Positions 31,421 to 43,141 of a DNA stretch of 64,000 nt are shown here, one piece after another. The stretch is from Octopus vulgaris (lineage: Eukaryota). Where the stretch lies: positions 114,638,001 to 114,702,000 of the forward strand of contig OX597821.1 of assembly GCA_951406725.2 (NCBI GenBank), given 5' to 3'. A model generated the notes under the pieces. It was not told where the DNA came from, searched no databases, and saw only the letters and a list, made by a program, of their open reading frames with translations. How positions within the stretch are numbered: the first letter of the stretch is position 1; every line of letters begins with the position of its first letter. The position numbers were made by a program, and so were the translations under genes.

Positions 31421-31492
31421 CTATTGATGGTTGGGGTTTCTTTATTGCGAGTAGGATGACCAAGTGAGGAGGCAGAAACGAATTATATAATA

Positions 31493-32519
31493 CTAGCAGT
31501 ATCGCCCGGCGTTGCTCGGGTTTGTAAGGGAAATAACTATATAAGCATTTTTAGAGAGTTACTTCCTTTATAGATGCCAATTCGGGCTTTCTTAGCCATT
31601 TCTGTTTTGGTGTCTTCAAGTCATGAAGTCGTTGTTCTAAAAGAACGCTGGTCTCCTTGACAACGCTTTACGACGTTGATTTCCTTACACTCCCTTCCCC
31701 ACAGTTTCACGAGGGAGGGAAGAAGGGGGAGAAGCAAACACAGGTGCAGGTGTTTGAGCGTGGACGCCAACTCCGCCGCCATCGACACACGAAAAATTAT
31801 GCATTAAAATGGAATAAAAAATGATGTTAAATTATTTTTAAAATCGTAGACTCATCGTAGACGCGCGCTAATAGCCAGACGGGCTCGATATTAATCACGA
31901 CTATAAGATACCCGAATTTGGTTAAACTGCACCGCAAAATGTGGGAGGAGTTAGGAATCTAAATCGTAGGAGACAGACACTCACACAACTACAGTTTTAT
32001 ATATATAGACTAGCAGTGTCGCCCGGCGTTGCTCGGGTTTGTAAGGGAAATAACTATATAAGCATTTTTAGTGAGTTATAGCAAAAAAATGCATTAAAAA
32101 TGGAATAAAAAATGATGGTAATTTTGGTCTCTTCAAGCCATGAAGTCGTTCTAAAAGAACGCTGGTCTCCTTGACAATGCTTTACGACGTTGATTTCCTT
32201 ACACTCCCTTCCCCACAGCTTCACGAGGGAGGGAAGAAGGGGGAGAAGCAAACAGGTGCAGGTGTGAGCGTGGACGCCAACTCCGCCGCCATCGACACAC
32301 GAAAAATTATGCATTAAAATGGAATAAAAAATGATGTTAAATTATTTTTAAAATCGTAGACTCATCGTAGACGCGCGCTAATACCCAGACAGGCTCGATA
32401 TGAATCACGACTATAAGATACCCGAATTTGGTTAAACTGCACCGCAAAATGTGGGAGGAGTTAGGAATCTAAATCGAAGGGGACAGACACTCACACAACT
32501 ACAGTTTTATATATATAGA
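31493..32519 (-). mobile_element. Head-to-tail dimer of non-autonomous Helitrons (31493-32009 and 32010-32519)
   Basis: Each unit is 5'-TC...hairpin...CTAG-3' on the minus strand; junction CTAG|TC; outer flanks A and T. Confidence 0.8.
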
Positions 32520-32591
32520 TTATAATATAGCGTAGGTTTCTATATGGAATATGTACAAATAAACACCGGCTCTCTCTCTCTCTCTCTCACA

Positions 32592-32642
<51 letters not shown>

Positions 32643-32776
32643 CACACGATACACAATACACGTGCAAAACTGTTTATTCGCAGAAACATACGAGGAAATG
32701 CAGGATTTGAAACTAGGTTAAAATGGAAACTTTTACCAAATAATCATTTTTTTTTTTCTTTAACTTATTATTTCAG

Positions 32777-33000
32777 AGTTAGCTGCGACAGCATGAGAAG
32801 GAACCGAAAAGCCACTTTTTCGTATGATTTCCGAAGTCTTATCACATAATCTATTGAAAAACTTCCGTAAGAAGCTGTATAATTCTGAGTCTTCAATATT
32901 AAAGATATATTACTTCAGACCTGTGTTAGCTCTTTCTTTATTAATGAATTATTCTTACTGATGATTGCAGTTAAAATAAAATAAATTATTTGCTAATTTA
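32777..33000 (+). other. Gene A exon 4 (completes TG|A stop; 3' UTR; AATAAA at 32975-32980)
   Basis: Acceptor TTATTATTTCAG|; first 34 nt match gene B last exon at 21/34; poly(A) context GATGATTGCAGTTAAAATAAAA matches gene B GTTGATTCTAGTAAAAATAAAA. 3' end approximate. Confidence 0.7.
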
Positions 33001-33080
33001 TCGATTTCCCTTATCATCGTTGTCATCGACCATCGTTACCATTAAAAATAAAAGAAATTATCATTATTATCATTACCATC

Positions 33081-33124
<44 letters not shown>

Positions 33125-33553
33125 TTTTTTTTTCTTCTTTCAAATTTGCTTCCATTTCTTGCCGAGTGTCTTCCCGACTCCTTGGGCAAAGAAACTCATA
33201 GTATACATTGGTAGGCCATTAAACCAAACTCAATAGTTCGTTCATTTTTTTTTAAGTTAAATTAAAATACATGAGCAGCAACAGTTCTCACATCGACAAT
33301 GCTCTTCTCAATACGTGTGATGTACCAGTTAAGACAAACTTTTGCACTTCTTGCAGGGATGGTAAGCCAGGGATCATTCTGATATAATTTTCGGTTCCCT
33401 TCTTGATCATTCCTAGTGCTCCTACGATCACTGGTATTGTAACCGCCTTGAGATGCCACATTTTCTCAATTTCAATGAGTAGGTCTTTATATTTTCTGAG
33501 CTTGTCAAACTCTTTCGCTGAGATATTATGATCACAGGGGATGCTCATGTCTA
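33125..33553 (-). mobile_element. R4/Dong-clade LINE 3' fragment in (TAA)n
   Basis: DKLRKYKDLLIEIEKMW..IPVIVGALG..LTGTSHVLRRAL*; (TTA)n on both sides. Confidence 0.85.
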
Positions 33554-33569
33554 TTATTATTATTATTAT

Positions 33570-33920
33570 TTAACCGGGAGGGCAAGGCAATTTTCCTTTG
33601 TGTAGTGGCTATAGCGAAAGAGGTGCTATGGTGGACCCATTTGAAAGGGCTAAAGTCAGACACTTTCCTCTTTTGGCCAAGGCCTCATCAACTTTTTCAA
33701 GTTCCACTTGAAAAGGAAGATGAGAGTAGAGCGGGAAGTGCTGTCTCGTAGCAAGTTTATTGAAAGTAGGGTGAATGTTGGGAAAATGGCCAGTATGAAC
33801 GGACCAATTCTGAGGTTACACCTGTAATAAAAAGAAAGGTAAATATAAAAGGAGAAAGGGGCTCTCTATCCCTTTTTGACCAGGCTCCCGTGGTTTTTAT
33901 GGGTTTTTCCACGAGTAACC
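33570..33920 (+). mobile_element. 3' fragment of a second Tx1-type LINE
   Basis: NREGKAIFLCVVAIAKEVLW..LINFFKFHLKRKMRVE aligns to the ORF2 C-terminus NREERACFLSVVVMAKEVVW..LIDFFVFHMKRKIRLE. Confidence 0.8.
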
Positions 33921-33957
33921 GTTGTTGTTGTTGTTGTTGTTGTTAATATTATTATTA

Positions 33958-34015
<58 letters not shown>

Positions 34016-34501
34016 CATCATCATTATTATTATTATGATCATTATTATTAAGGCGACGAGTTGGCAGAATCGCGAGCACACCGGTTAAAGTGCTTTGCAG
34101 CATTTGGTCCGTCTTTACATTCTGAATTTAAATTCTGCCGAAGTCGACTTTGCCTCAGTTTCCCCTCCAGTTTCAAAGACATAACATCACACAAATGTCT
34201 AATCGTTCATTTAGGACAATTAGGCAATATTTCGACCAATTCGCTGACCATTCAAATTGTCATATTTCCCAAAAAATTCATCCAAATTTTACAAATGAGG
34301 TACCAAAATGTTTCTTTTTTGGATGCTCTCCAAGGAAAAGTACAGAAGAAATTACAGTTAGATATTTTCAAAAATTCATGGTGATACTTACTAGTCGTAT
34401 CCCGTAGAAATTCCAGGGTTATTTTGAAAATTGTATGACGGAATTATAAATTTTTCTGAACCATTAGAACCTTGAGATGATGTAAAAGTCCATATAAATA
34501 G

Positions 34502-34766
34502 GGTACTCGTCGCGTAGACTGGACCCGGTTTTGTAACGAAAAAAAAAAAAACGCAATTGTCTTTAAAATAATATACACCGTAAATCGTTGAAAAATATTT
34601 CCTAAGCTTCAGTAGGGGCTCGCTATTAACTTAGTTTTTGCAATGTTGCGCCAATCAGCTCATTTGCATTCGCAAGTCGCTGTAGGATCGACTACCTACG
34701 ACTGGCTAGCGCGGATGCGCGTCTGCACGTGTGCGCGCACCGGGTCCAGTCTACGTGACTAGTACC
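34502..34766. mobile_element. MITE with ~28 bp TIRs, possibly Merlin superfamily
   Basis: GGTACTCGTCGCGTAGACTGGACCCGGT / ACCGGGTCCAGTCTACGTGACTAGTACC; 9 bp flanks TATAAATAG / TAAAAATAG. GG-start TIRs and 8-9 bp TSDs fit Merlin. Confidence 0.7.
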
Positions 34767-35969
34767 TAAAAATAGTATTAAAGGTGCAAAACATCTCTGA
34801 AAGTTATTATATTGCTACATCTACTTTGTGAGTTGTCTGTTATTTTTTTACTTTATGCTAAGATATAAAAAGTTTTCACTAAGGCTTAAAATCAAAGACA
34901 TTATCTGTAATATTTCTTTATTGTCCACAAGAGGATAAACATAGAGGGGACAAACAAGGACAGACAAAGGGATTAAGTCGACTACATCTACCCCAATGCG
35001 TAACTGGTACTTATTTAATCGACCCCGATAGGATGAAAGGAAAAGTCTACCTGGGCGGAATTTGAACTCAGAACGTAGCGGCAGACGATATACTGCTAAG
35101 CATTTCGCCCGGCATGCTAACAATTCTGCCAGCTCACCGACATTATCTATAATATTATTGTTTCACAACGTTGGTGAAGATTTAACAAATCATAATACGG
35201 TTATTTGAAAAACTGTAAAAATACCTTACCCTAAACCTTATCATTGTTTCTCTCGTAAATTTTACATTGTCTGCTGTTGGCCATATTTCACAAGTTTTGA
35301 CTGAGCAGACGATAGTTACTTCACCAAAGCGCATGCGTCAATTGATCGACGCTATAAAAATGTAACACAAAAAACTAACACGTTTCGCTCTCTTTCTCCC
35401 TCTTTCCTCCCCCTCTCTTTCTTTACCTCTCTCAGTCTTTCTCCCTCTCTTTCTTTCCCCTCTCTCTCTCTTCTCTCTCTTTCTCTCCACCTCTTCCCTC
35501 AACTATTTATTTCTTTACTACCCACAAGAGGGGACAAATAAGGACAGACGAACGGATTAAGTCGATTATATCGACCCAGTGCGTAACTGTTACTCATTTA
35601 ATCGACCCCGAAAGGATGAAAGGAAAAGTCGACCTCGGCGGAATTTGAACTCGGAACGTAACGACAGACGAAATACGGCCACCCATTTCGCCCAGCTCGC
35701 CGCCCTAATTTCTCCCAACTATTTAATCACACCATAATAGCAATCCTTTCCTCCTAGCTCTCATCGTTAACCACCTTTTGTTCTAGCCCCCCCCCTCTCT
35801 TTCTCACTGATCGGTCGTGTTATTCTTTGCTCCGCAGTGAAAGATTGTTTTTGTGCTGAAAAGTTTGAAACTTTGCTGTTTTGGTCGTCGAGGCCACTTC
35901 TTTTCTACTGTTGCAGCAGAGTTCTGCTGTTCTTTCCCCCTTGTTTCAAGGGGGAAGTGACGAAAAGAC

Positions 35970-37259
35970 ATGAATTTGCAACCAGTCTCCTCCGAGTCGG
36001 AGGAAAACGTTGAAAATTTGTTTGAAGGCATGAAGGCGAAAATGCGGGAGGAGGAAGGTAGAAGTAAAGAGACGTCTCACGCGAGCGTCACAAAAGCAGA
36101 CGACAATATGTCTGGCGAAGCTAGTAAACGACAAGAAAAGGCAAAAATAAATTTTGCGAGTGCAGCAACTCGCCCCTGTGAAAATATAGTCATCAACAAG
36201 GAAGAATTAAAGAAATACCAAGGACTACTAAAAAAAGAAGGTGATAATGTGAAGTTGTTCCCTCCCAGTGAATTGATTTACGCGACGGAGAGAAAAACTG
36301 TCATATACAAGACTTATAATGTCAAAAATAAGAAAATTGACTTCGTACAGAGAGAAGCCATTGAAAAATGATTGAGGCCGATATGGCAACAAACTACATT
36401 TATAACAAGGGGTAGTCGCTTCGGCACGGTAGAGGTGCGTTTCCCTAGCGAAGAAATAGCTAGGGAACATTCAACAAGAACGTTGAAGTCAGAAGAGGTA
36501 GTTCTTTTACCATTTTATTTAGGAATGAGAACTAGCAGAATAACAGTTACGGACATTCCACCCGAAATAGATGTGGACTTCATAACAGCAGCGATTCTCT
36601 TAGGCAAAGAGGAAGAAATTGCCATTCTTCAGTCTAAAAGATATCGCCCCACAACCTGGTATGGACAGGACTTAGAGCTTGTGATCCAAGCGAACCCCTC
36701 GGGCTTGGAAAAATTGCCAAGCTCCCTCACCATTGGAGATAATACCACCTTGATGGTAATAGTCGAGGGAAGAAAACCGAGGTGCTATAAATGTGGCGAG
36801 AAAGGCCACATAAGGTCGAGCTGCAAGAAGACAGCGAAAGAAAATACCGCAGAGGCAAGCACGACGCCGAAAACAACTTCACCGCTAGAAATAGCAGCCA
36901 CGTCGCGCACCCCAATTGCCGAAATTCAGCCGACAACGGGAGAAAACAACGACAACAACGATGACAACGATGACAACAACAACATCCAGGAGTGGGTCAA
37001 CGTGGAAGCTTCAAAAAGAAGACGGAAACGGAAAAATCCACCCTCTTCGGATACACAGGACTATACTCTGACAGACAAGCACACCCACAAATACAGTCGC
37101 AAACACACACGTAGCCAAAAAAACACACACACTGGAAAAAGCACACACAAACACTCACACACCTACCACAAGCACGCACACACCTACAAACACCCACGCT
37201 TCTACAAGCACACACACACCCACAAACACACACACACACCCCCCTCCACAATCACCTAA
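35970..37259 (+). pseudogene. LINE ORF1 (nucleic-acid-binding, zinc knuckle) with one in-frame TGA at 36369-36371
   Basis: Track ORFs 35970-36371 and 36372-37259 are in the same frame; CYKCGEKGHIRSSC knuckle; low-complexity C-terminal part. Confidence 0.8.
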
Positions 37260-37604
37260 CAAAAAAAAAAAGAAACACCTTCACGGCGATAAATAAAAAC
37301 AATAACCTATTAAAGGAAAAAATTAATTTACTGAAATCGGCGAAAAAATATATCGCAACAGATATAAATAGTATTATATCTGAAAATGTAGAATTTTATA
37401 CGATAGATAACGCGGATTATTTTGAAATTAAAAAATCTTTTGCGGAGGACGTAGGCCCGTTACAGATGAACTTTTCAAGCCATCTGTACAAGCAATTCGC
37501 AAAAAAACTGACCTCGCAAAACACAACACTCACAGACAGAAAAGATGAGGGTGAAACTACACCCTCTCTTCTGTTAAAACAGTAAGTTTTAAACATTCGA
37601 CTAA

Positions 37605-40600
37605 ATTTTCACTTTCTCGTTTAAACTCGTTTGTATAAATACTCGCGGCCTGGGGTCGTATTGGAAGCAAGGCTACCTCCTTAACGACCTTAGGTCGCAT
37701 CGTTTGGATGTAGTGGTAATTACCGAATCCAGACTGAGTGGGCTGCAGGCTTTTTCGCCCCTTCTAAACGGCTACGAGAAATACATTTCTCCCTGTCGAC
37801 CTGGAGGGGGAGGAGGAGTGGCAGTGCTGGTCAGGAAAAACCTGGATTTAGAGATTAGAACTGTCTTTATAGATCCGGAAGGCAGGTTGGTCGTTTTGGA
37901 TGTGACGCACAGCAGTGGTAAAGTGTTCAGGCTGGTCGCTGTCTATGCTCCCTGCGAAGGAAAAGCCGGGCAGAAAGAGTATTTCAAAAGCCTAGAGAAT
38001 TTTCTTGGCACGTCGAACACGTTAGTATTGCTAGGTGACTTCAACATAATTTACGATGCAAGCGTAGATTATGTTGGCTCGAGAAAGAATACGAGGGGAT
38101 TACCTCACCTCAACGATATGCTAAGTCGTTTCGAATTGGCAGATAGATTCAGACTGGACCATCCAGACACTCCAGCGGGGACCTGGGCAAGAAACGACGG
38201 GTCGTCCAGATCTTATATCGATAGAATCATAACTAGAAGGAAAGATAAGAAAATACTTAGCTGTCCACAACACCATATCGTCAGCTACAGCGATCACAAA
38301 TTAGTGACCTGTACGCTCGACATAGATAGCATGTGTAGACGAGGTACCGGTTACTGGAAGCTAAACAAGTCACTATTGGACTGTGAAGCCTACAGGAATC
38401 GGATTAAACAATTAGTAATGAGGGCGTTAACCGGATCCATTATCAACAATAAATGGTGGTACGCCCTGAAAAGAGCCATCAAATTTGAGTCAATTAGGTT
38501 TAGCAAAGAACTAGCTAGTGCTAGAAACAAAGTAGAAAAGGAACTAGTTAAGGCAATAGAGGAGGCAATGAGGTCAGGCAGTGCATCGAAAGTGTTAGCG
38601 GCGAGGTTAGCACTAGACCAACATCTCAAAGCTAAACATGAAGGGTGCATTGTCAGGGCTAAGATCCGTGCAATGAGACAGGAAGGGATCAACGCAGCCG
38701 GATGGGCCCGGGTGGTAGAGGGCCAGCGTGGCAACAACTCAACCATTCGATCCTTGACGGGCCCAAATGGTCGATTAGTAAACGAACCCGAGGAGATGTG
38801 CAAGGTGTTTCATGATCATTTCGCCCAGCTATTCGGGAGGAGCGGCGAGCTGGAGCGCGGGGAGAAGCTCGCAGACTTCCTAGCCGGTTCGCCGCGTCTA
38901 TCGAGGCCGGACGCGGAATCTTGTGAGGCGCCGATCACAGCCAAAGAAGTCGAGGATATGTTGGCAGACTGCGGCGGGGACAAATCGCCGGGACTCGATG
39001 GTCTGCCTTACGAACTCTATAGTAGCATGCCAGACTTGTTTGGGCACCTACTTGCATGCGTGTACACCAACTGGCAGCAGAACGGGAGAATTCCTAAGTC
39101 TGTGAGCCGAGGGGTGGTAGCGCTGTTAAGAAAGGACCCAAACAAGGGGGATTTAATTGATAATTTCCGGCCTATCACTCTGCTTAACGCAGAGTTGAAG
39201 ATCTTGGCCAAGGTCTTAGCAAAAAGGTTGGCGAGGGTCGTGGGTGAACTTGTTGGCGAGGCGCAAACTTGCGCCATCCCTGGAAGGACCATCCACGACA
39301 ATCTCCACTTTCTACGCTATGCCTTAGAAAGGGTAAATAGGATTCCTGGCAAGGGTGGGGCTATGGTCCACTTGGACCAATCGAAAGCGTTTGATAGGGT
39401 GGACCATCAGTATCTGGAGGCGGTCCTCGCGGCGGCTGGCTTCGGCCCGACCTTCCGCGGATGGATCATCGCTTTATACAACAACATCGAATCGGTAGTT
39501 CGGGTAAATGGTTTCCTTTCGGAACCGTTCAGCATTGAACGTTCGGTACGTCAAGGGTGTCCTCTCTCCCCGCTTCTCTACGTTTTGGCCCTCGAGCCAT
39601 TGCTGAGGAGGTTGGAAACTATGAGAGGCACCCCGCAAGATCTAGGGTGCGAAAAGTCAGCTTCGGCGTATGCGGACGACATCACCGTCATCGTTTCCCG
39701 AGTCGAGCACCTACAGTGGGTGGGTGAGGCCTTAAGGGACTACGAAGCGGTGGCAGGAGCGAAAGTCAACCGGGATAAATCGGTCGGCTTGCAACTCGGC
39801 ACCTGGAGGGGCAAGTCGATGTCTTCCGACAGCATCGTAGGACGTTGGACGGAAGGACCGGTGAAAATGCTTGGGATCTGGTTAGGTCCAGATCTCCAGA
39901 TAGAGAAGAACTGGAGCGAGGTGGCGAGAAAGGTGGCTCTCCTAACTCAGACATGGTCTGAGCGGAAACTGTCCTTGAAAGGGAGGGCGGAGGTTGCAGA
40001 GGTGTTTATCGCCTCTGTAATCACTTACCGCCTAACCGTAGTGCCTTGCCCCGATTCGTGGCTGAACAAACTGGAACGCATGCTCTTTCGCTTTTTGTGG
40101 AGGGGCAGCAGACCTCTTGTAAGGCGCTCTATTTGCTGCCAAAAGCTGCTGAATGGTGGGTTAGGGATGTCGTGGCTAAAAATGCGCAGACATGCGCTCA
40201 GGCTTAGGCACCTCTGGATTTACCTGGACGGTGAGCAGGTGTGGTCTCCGTTTGTCAAGCTGTTATTTCCACAGTTCACATCGTTTAACGAACTGAATCC
40301 ATGGATCAAGTGTAGACCGAGGTTGGGCATGTGGCATGCAGAGTGCTATCAGGCACTCGTGCTTCTCTCCCAGTCGGGCAACGCCGGTGGCGGGGCTACT
40401 ACCGCTTTCTTCTATAGAGGGTTAGTAGAGTTTAAGTGTGACGACGTCCTAGGAGAAACTCTGGGCTTCGACGAAAATCAACTGGCCAGCCTGTTCCAAA
40501 GAACATTCGGTCCGGGGCCTATGGATAATTACCAAAAGTCCCTGACCTGGCAATGTTACAGAGGAGCTTTACCGGTTCGAGATAAGCTCTTTAGACATGG

Positions 40601-41021
40601 GTGTGCACCTTCGCCGGTTTGTGCAAGATGTAAGAGGGACAGTGAAACTGTCCTGCACGCGATTGTGCAATGCCCCAAGGTGACTGAACTCTGGACTTAT
40701 GTCGAACACCTGCTGTCGCATTCGAGAAGAGTACAACTGTCGAGCGAATCTGTAATTAAGATAGTTCCGCCGACCTTCCTGAATAGGGAGGAGCGAGCCT
40801 GTTTTCTTTCGGTAGTTGTTATGGCGAAAGAAGTAGTGTGGAAGACGAGAGTGAAAGGAATTGCAACAGGCATGTTTATCTCCAGTCTCGAGCTAATCGA
40901 CTTTTTCGTTTTCCACATGAAACGGAAAATAAGGCTGGAGAAGAAATGCCTGTCGCAAAGTGTGTTTCGTAAAAGATGGAAGTCTATAGCAAGTATGTTG
41001 CGAGTGAAAGAACCTGTTTAA
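37605..41021 (+). CDS. LINE ORF2: APE endonuclease, reverse transcriptase, C-terminal CCHC zinc finger
   Basis: Frame open from 37605 (INTRGL..ITES, VYAP, LGDFN, SYIDRI, YSDH; KSPGLDGLP, FRPITLLN, LDQSKAFDRV, RQGCPLSP, YADD; CARC..ETVLHAIVQC). No in-frame ATG before the first APE motif. Confidence 0.93.
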   Translation: MFTFSFKLVCINTRGLGSYWKQGYLLNDLRSHRLDVVVITESRLSGLQAFSPLLNGYEKYISPCRPGGGGGVAVLVRKNLDLEIRTVFIDPEGRLVVLDVTHSSGKVFRLVAVYAPCEGKAGQKEYFKSLENFLGTSNTLVLLGDFNIIYDASVDYVGSRKNTRGLPHLNDMLSRFELADRFRLDHPDTPAGTWARNDGSSRSYIDRIITRRKDKKILSCPQHHIVSYSDHKLVTCTLDIDSMCRRGTGYWKLNKSLLDCEAYRNRIKQLVMRALTGSIINNKWWYALKRAIKFESIRFSKELASARNKVEKELVKAIEEAMRSGSASKVLAARLALDQHLKAKHEGCIVRAKIRAMRQEGINAAGWARVVEGQRGNNSTIRSLTGPNGRLVNEPEEMCKVFHDHFAQLFGRSGELERGEKLADFLAGSPRLSRPDAESCEAPITAKEVEDMLADCGGDKSPGLDGLPYELYSSMPDLFGHLLACVYTNWQQNGRIPKSVSRGVVALLRKDPNKGDLIDNFRPITLLNAELKILAKVLAKRLARVVGELVGEAQTCAIPGRTIHDNLHFLRYALERVNRIPGKGGAMVHLDQSKAFDRVDHQYLEAVLAAAGFGPTFRGWIIALYNNIESVVRVNGFLSEPFSIERSVRQGCPLSPLLYVLALEPLLRRLETMRGTPQDLGCEKSASAYADDITVIVSRVEHLQWVGEALRDYEAVAGAKVNRDKSVGLQLGTWRGKSMSSDSIVGRWTEGPVKMLGIWLGPDLQIEKNWSEVARKVALLTQTWSERKLSLKGRAEVAEVFIASVITYRLTVVPCPDSWLNKLERMLFRFLWRGSRPLVRRSICCQKLLNGGLGMSWLKMRRHALRLRHLWIYLDGEQVWSPFVKLLFPQFTSFNELNPWIKCRPRLGMWHAECYQALVLLSQSGNAGGGATTAFFYRGLVEFKCDDVLGETLGFDENQLASLFQRTFGPGPMDNYQKSLTWQCYRGALPVRDKLFRHGCAPSPVCARCKRDSETVLHAIVQCPKVTELWTYVEHLLSHSRRVQLSSESVIKIVPPTFLNREERACFLSVVVMAKEVVWKTRVKGIATGMFISSLELIDFFVFHMKRKIRLEKKCLSQSVFRKRWKSIASMLRVKEPV

Positions 41022-41480
41022 TCGAGAATGTAAAAAAGGATAAAGCAAAGTCTTCAGTGTGAGTCTGTGGTTTGTGGGGTCGACCGCGTCCTCCGCTTCA
41101 TTTTTTGTTAATCTGTCATTCTCATTTTTTTTTTTTTTTTTTTTTTGTACTTGTTTCAGTCATTTGACTGCGGCCATGCTGGAGCACCGCCTTTAGAGTG
41201 GTGAAAGAGTACAGCAGGGATCACCACCATCCCCTGCCGGAGCCTCGTAGAGCTTTTTTAGGTGTTTTCGCTCAATAAACACACACAACGCCCGGTCTGA
41301 GAATCGAAACCGCGATCCTGCGATCGCGAGTCCGCTGCCCTAACCACTAGGCCATTTAATTGTATATATTTTATTTGTTTGTTTATTCATGTTTCGTCTC
41401 ATTCGATACCCTGACCCCAACGTTTGTTTTGTCCCCTCTTTTTCTCAACCTTATGGTGAATAAAGAAATACTCTCTCTCT

Positions 41481-41519
<39 letters not shown>

Positions 41520-41824
41520 TCCTTCTCTCTTCTCTCCCTTCAACTAATCACAGCATTTCATATTTAGCGTATTAATATAGAGATATAAAGTTTTAAATAC
41601 GCATTTAAACCTTTCTCCTTCACCGATTTGATTATTTTTCTCACAACCATCGGAGCGCGAAACGCTCCTCAAGACAGCAAAAGTACCCTGTTGAGTTGTT
41701 GCAATTCCAATGAAGGAGCCTAGGATTTAGGTTAGAAACTGGATCTTTCTCTATTAGCAAGTATTTTGAAATAAAACTGAATTTTTCGGACACAATAATA
41801 ATTATAATAATAACAGAAATCAAT

Positions 41825-42039
41825 AAAACCACTAACAATTTTGTTTTTATTTTTACTAGAATCAACTACAATATCGTATTGTTGCTAAGACAGTAGGAAA
41901 TAAAAACTTGAAGCTATTCTACCCACTTCGTTAAGAGGGTCAGAAAAAAAGATGTCTCTGAAATCATTGTATAATGATACTTGAGAGAAAATTTTGGAAG
42001 CCATATTGTCAGTTCTTTGGATTGCTGTCTTTGTTAAAG
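41825..42039 (-). other. Gene B exon 4 (3' UTR; AATAAA at 41851-41846)
   Basis: Acceptor TTTTTACTTTATCATTTCAG|; homologous to gene A exon 4 at its start and around the poly(A) signal, with similar spacing (188 vs 198 nt). 3' end approximate. Confidence 0.7.
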
Positions 42040-42179
42040 CTGAAATGATAAAGTAAAAACAATATCGTATTTGTTTTGGTAACATGAATATAAGGTTACA
42101 AAAAAGAACAGGGAATTTTTTTTTTCTTTCTCTCTTAATTTTGTTTCTTTTCTCAATATCTTAGTTTGCTCAAGTTTAA

Positions 42180-42765
42180 ATGTATGTATGTATGTATGTA
42201 TGTATTGTATGTGTGTGTATGTATGTGTGTGTATGTATGTATGTATGTATGTATGTATGTATGTATGTATGTATGTATGTATGTATGTATGTATGCGTGT
42301 GTGTGTATGTATGTATGTATGTATGCATGTACGTATGTATGTATGTATGTATTGTATGTATTGTATGTGTGTGTGTATGTATGTATGTATGTATGTATGT
42401 ATGTATGTATGTAGGTATGTATGTATGTGTGTATGTATGTATGTATGTATTGTATGTGTGTATGTGTATGTATGTATGTATGTATGTATGTGTGTGTGTG
42501 CGTGTATGTATGTATGTATATATGTATGTATTGTATGTGTGTATGTGTGTATGTATGAATGTATGTATGTATGTATGTATGTATGTATGTATATATGTAT
42601 GTATTGTATGTGTGTGTGTATGAGGGAGTTGTGTATGTGTGTGTGTGTGCATCTGTGTATACATGCGTGTGTCTGTCTGTCTGTATGTATGCATGCATAT
42701 ATGCATATATGTATGTATGTATGTGTGTGTACGTGCATGTGTGTGTGTGTCTGTACATGTATGTC
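42180..42765. repeat. (TATG)n/(TG)n array
   Basis: Directly visible. Confidence 0.95.
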
Positions 42766-42979
42766 TCTTCTATTTTTAAATTATTATAAATCTTCCACTG
42801 AAGAGGGAGTCTGTTTCCAATAAAGATAACCATTTTTAACACAACAAAGCTTATACAAAGCTTTACATTTTACTTTTGATAATCTTTTTTAAAAAGTGAA
42901 ACCGGTCAGGTCAATAAACACTCTTTTTGCACTGGTCTTTGTAATCTACCTCTTTGGTCGTCCTGCAGGTAATCGACAA

Positions 42980-43010
42980 ACCACCACCACCACCACCACC
43001 TCTGCTACTG

Positions 43011-43065
<55 letters not shown>

Positions 43066-43141
43066 CACCACCACCACCACCACCACCACCACCACTAGTA
43101 CTACTACTACTATTACTACTACTACTACCACCACCACTACT
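42980..43141. repeat. (ACC)n/(ACT)n microsatellite
   Basis: Directly visible. Confidence 0.95.

Larger units (their letters stand above)
35806..41470 (+). mobile_element. Full-length Tx1-clade (L1 group) LINE
   Basis: ORF1 with CCHC knuckle, ORF2 with APE-RT-zinc finger, 3' end AATAAAGAAATA, candidate 15 bp TSD CCCCCTCTCTTTCTC (35791-35805) / CTCTCTCTCTTTCTC (41471-41485). SINE fragments inserted in the 3' UTR (~41125-41356). Confidence 0.9.

Noticed and set aside
41885-42085. 66 aa ORF as a coding last exon of gene B
   Set aside because: Gene B stops in exon 3, and the homologous frame in gene A closes after a few codons.
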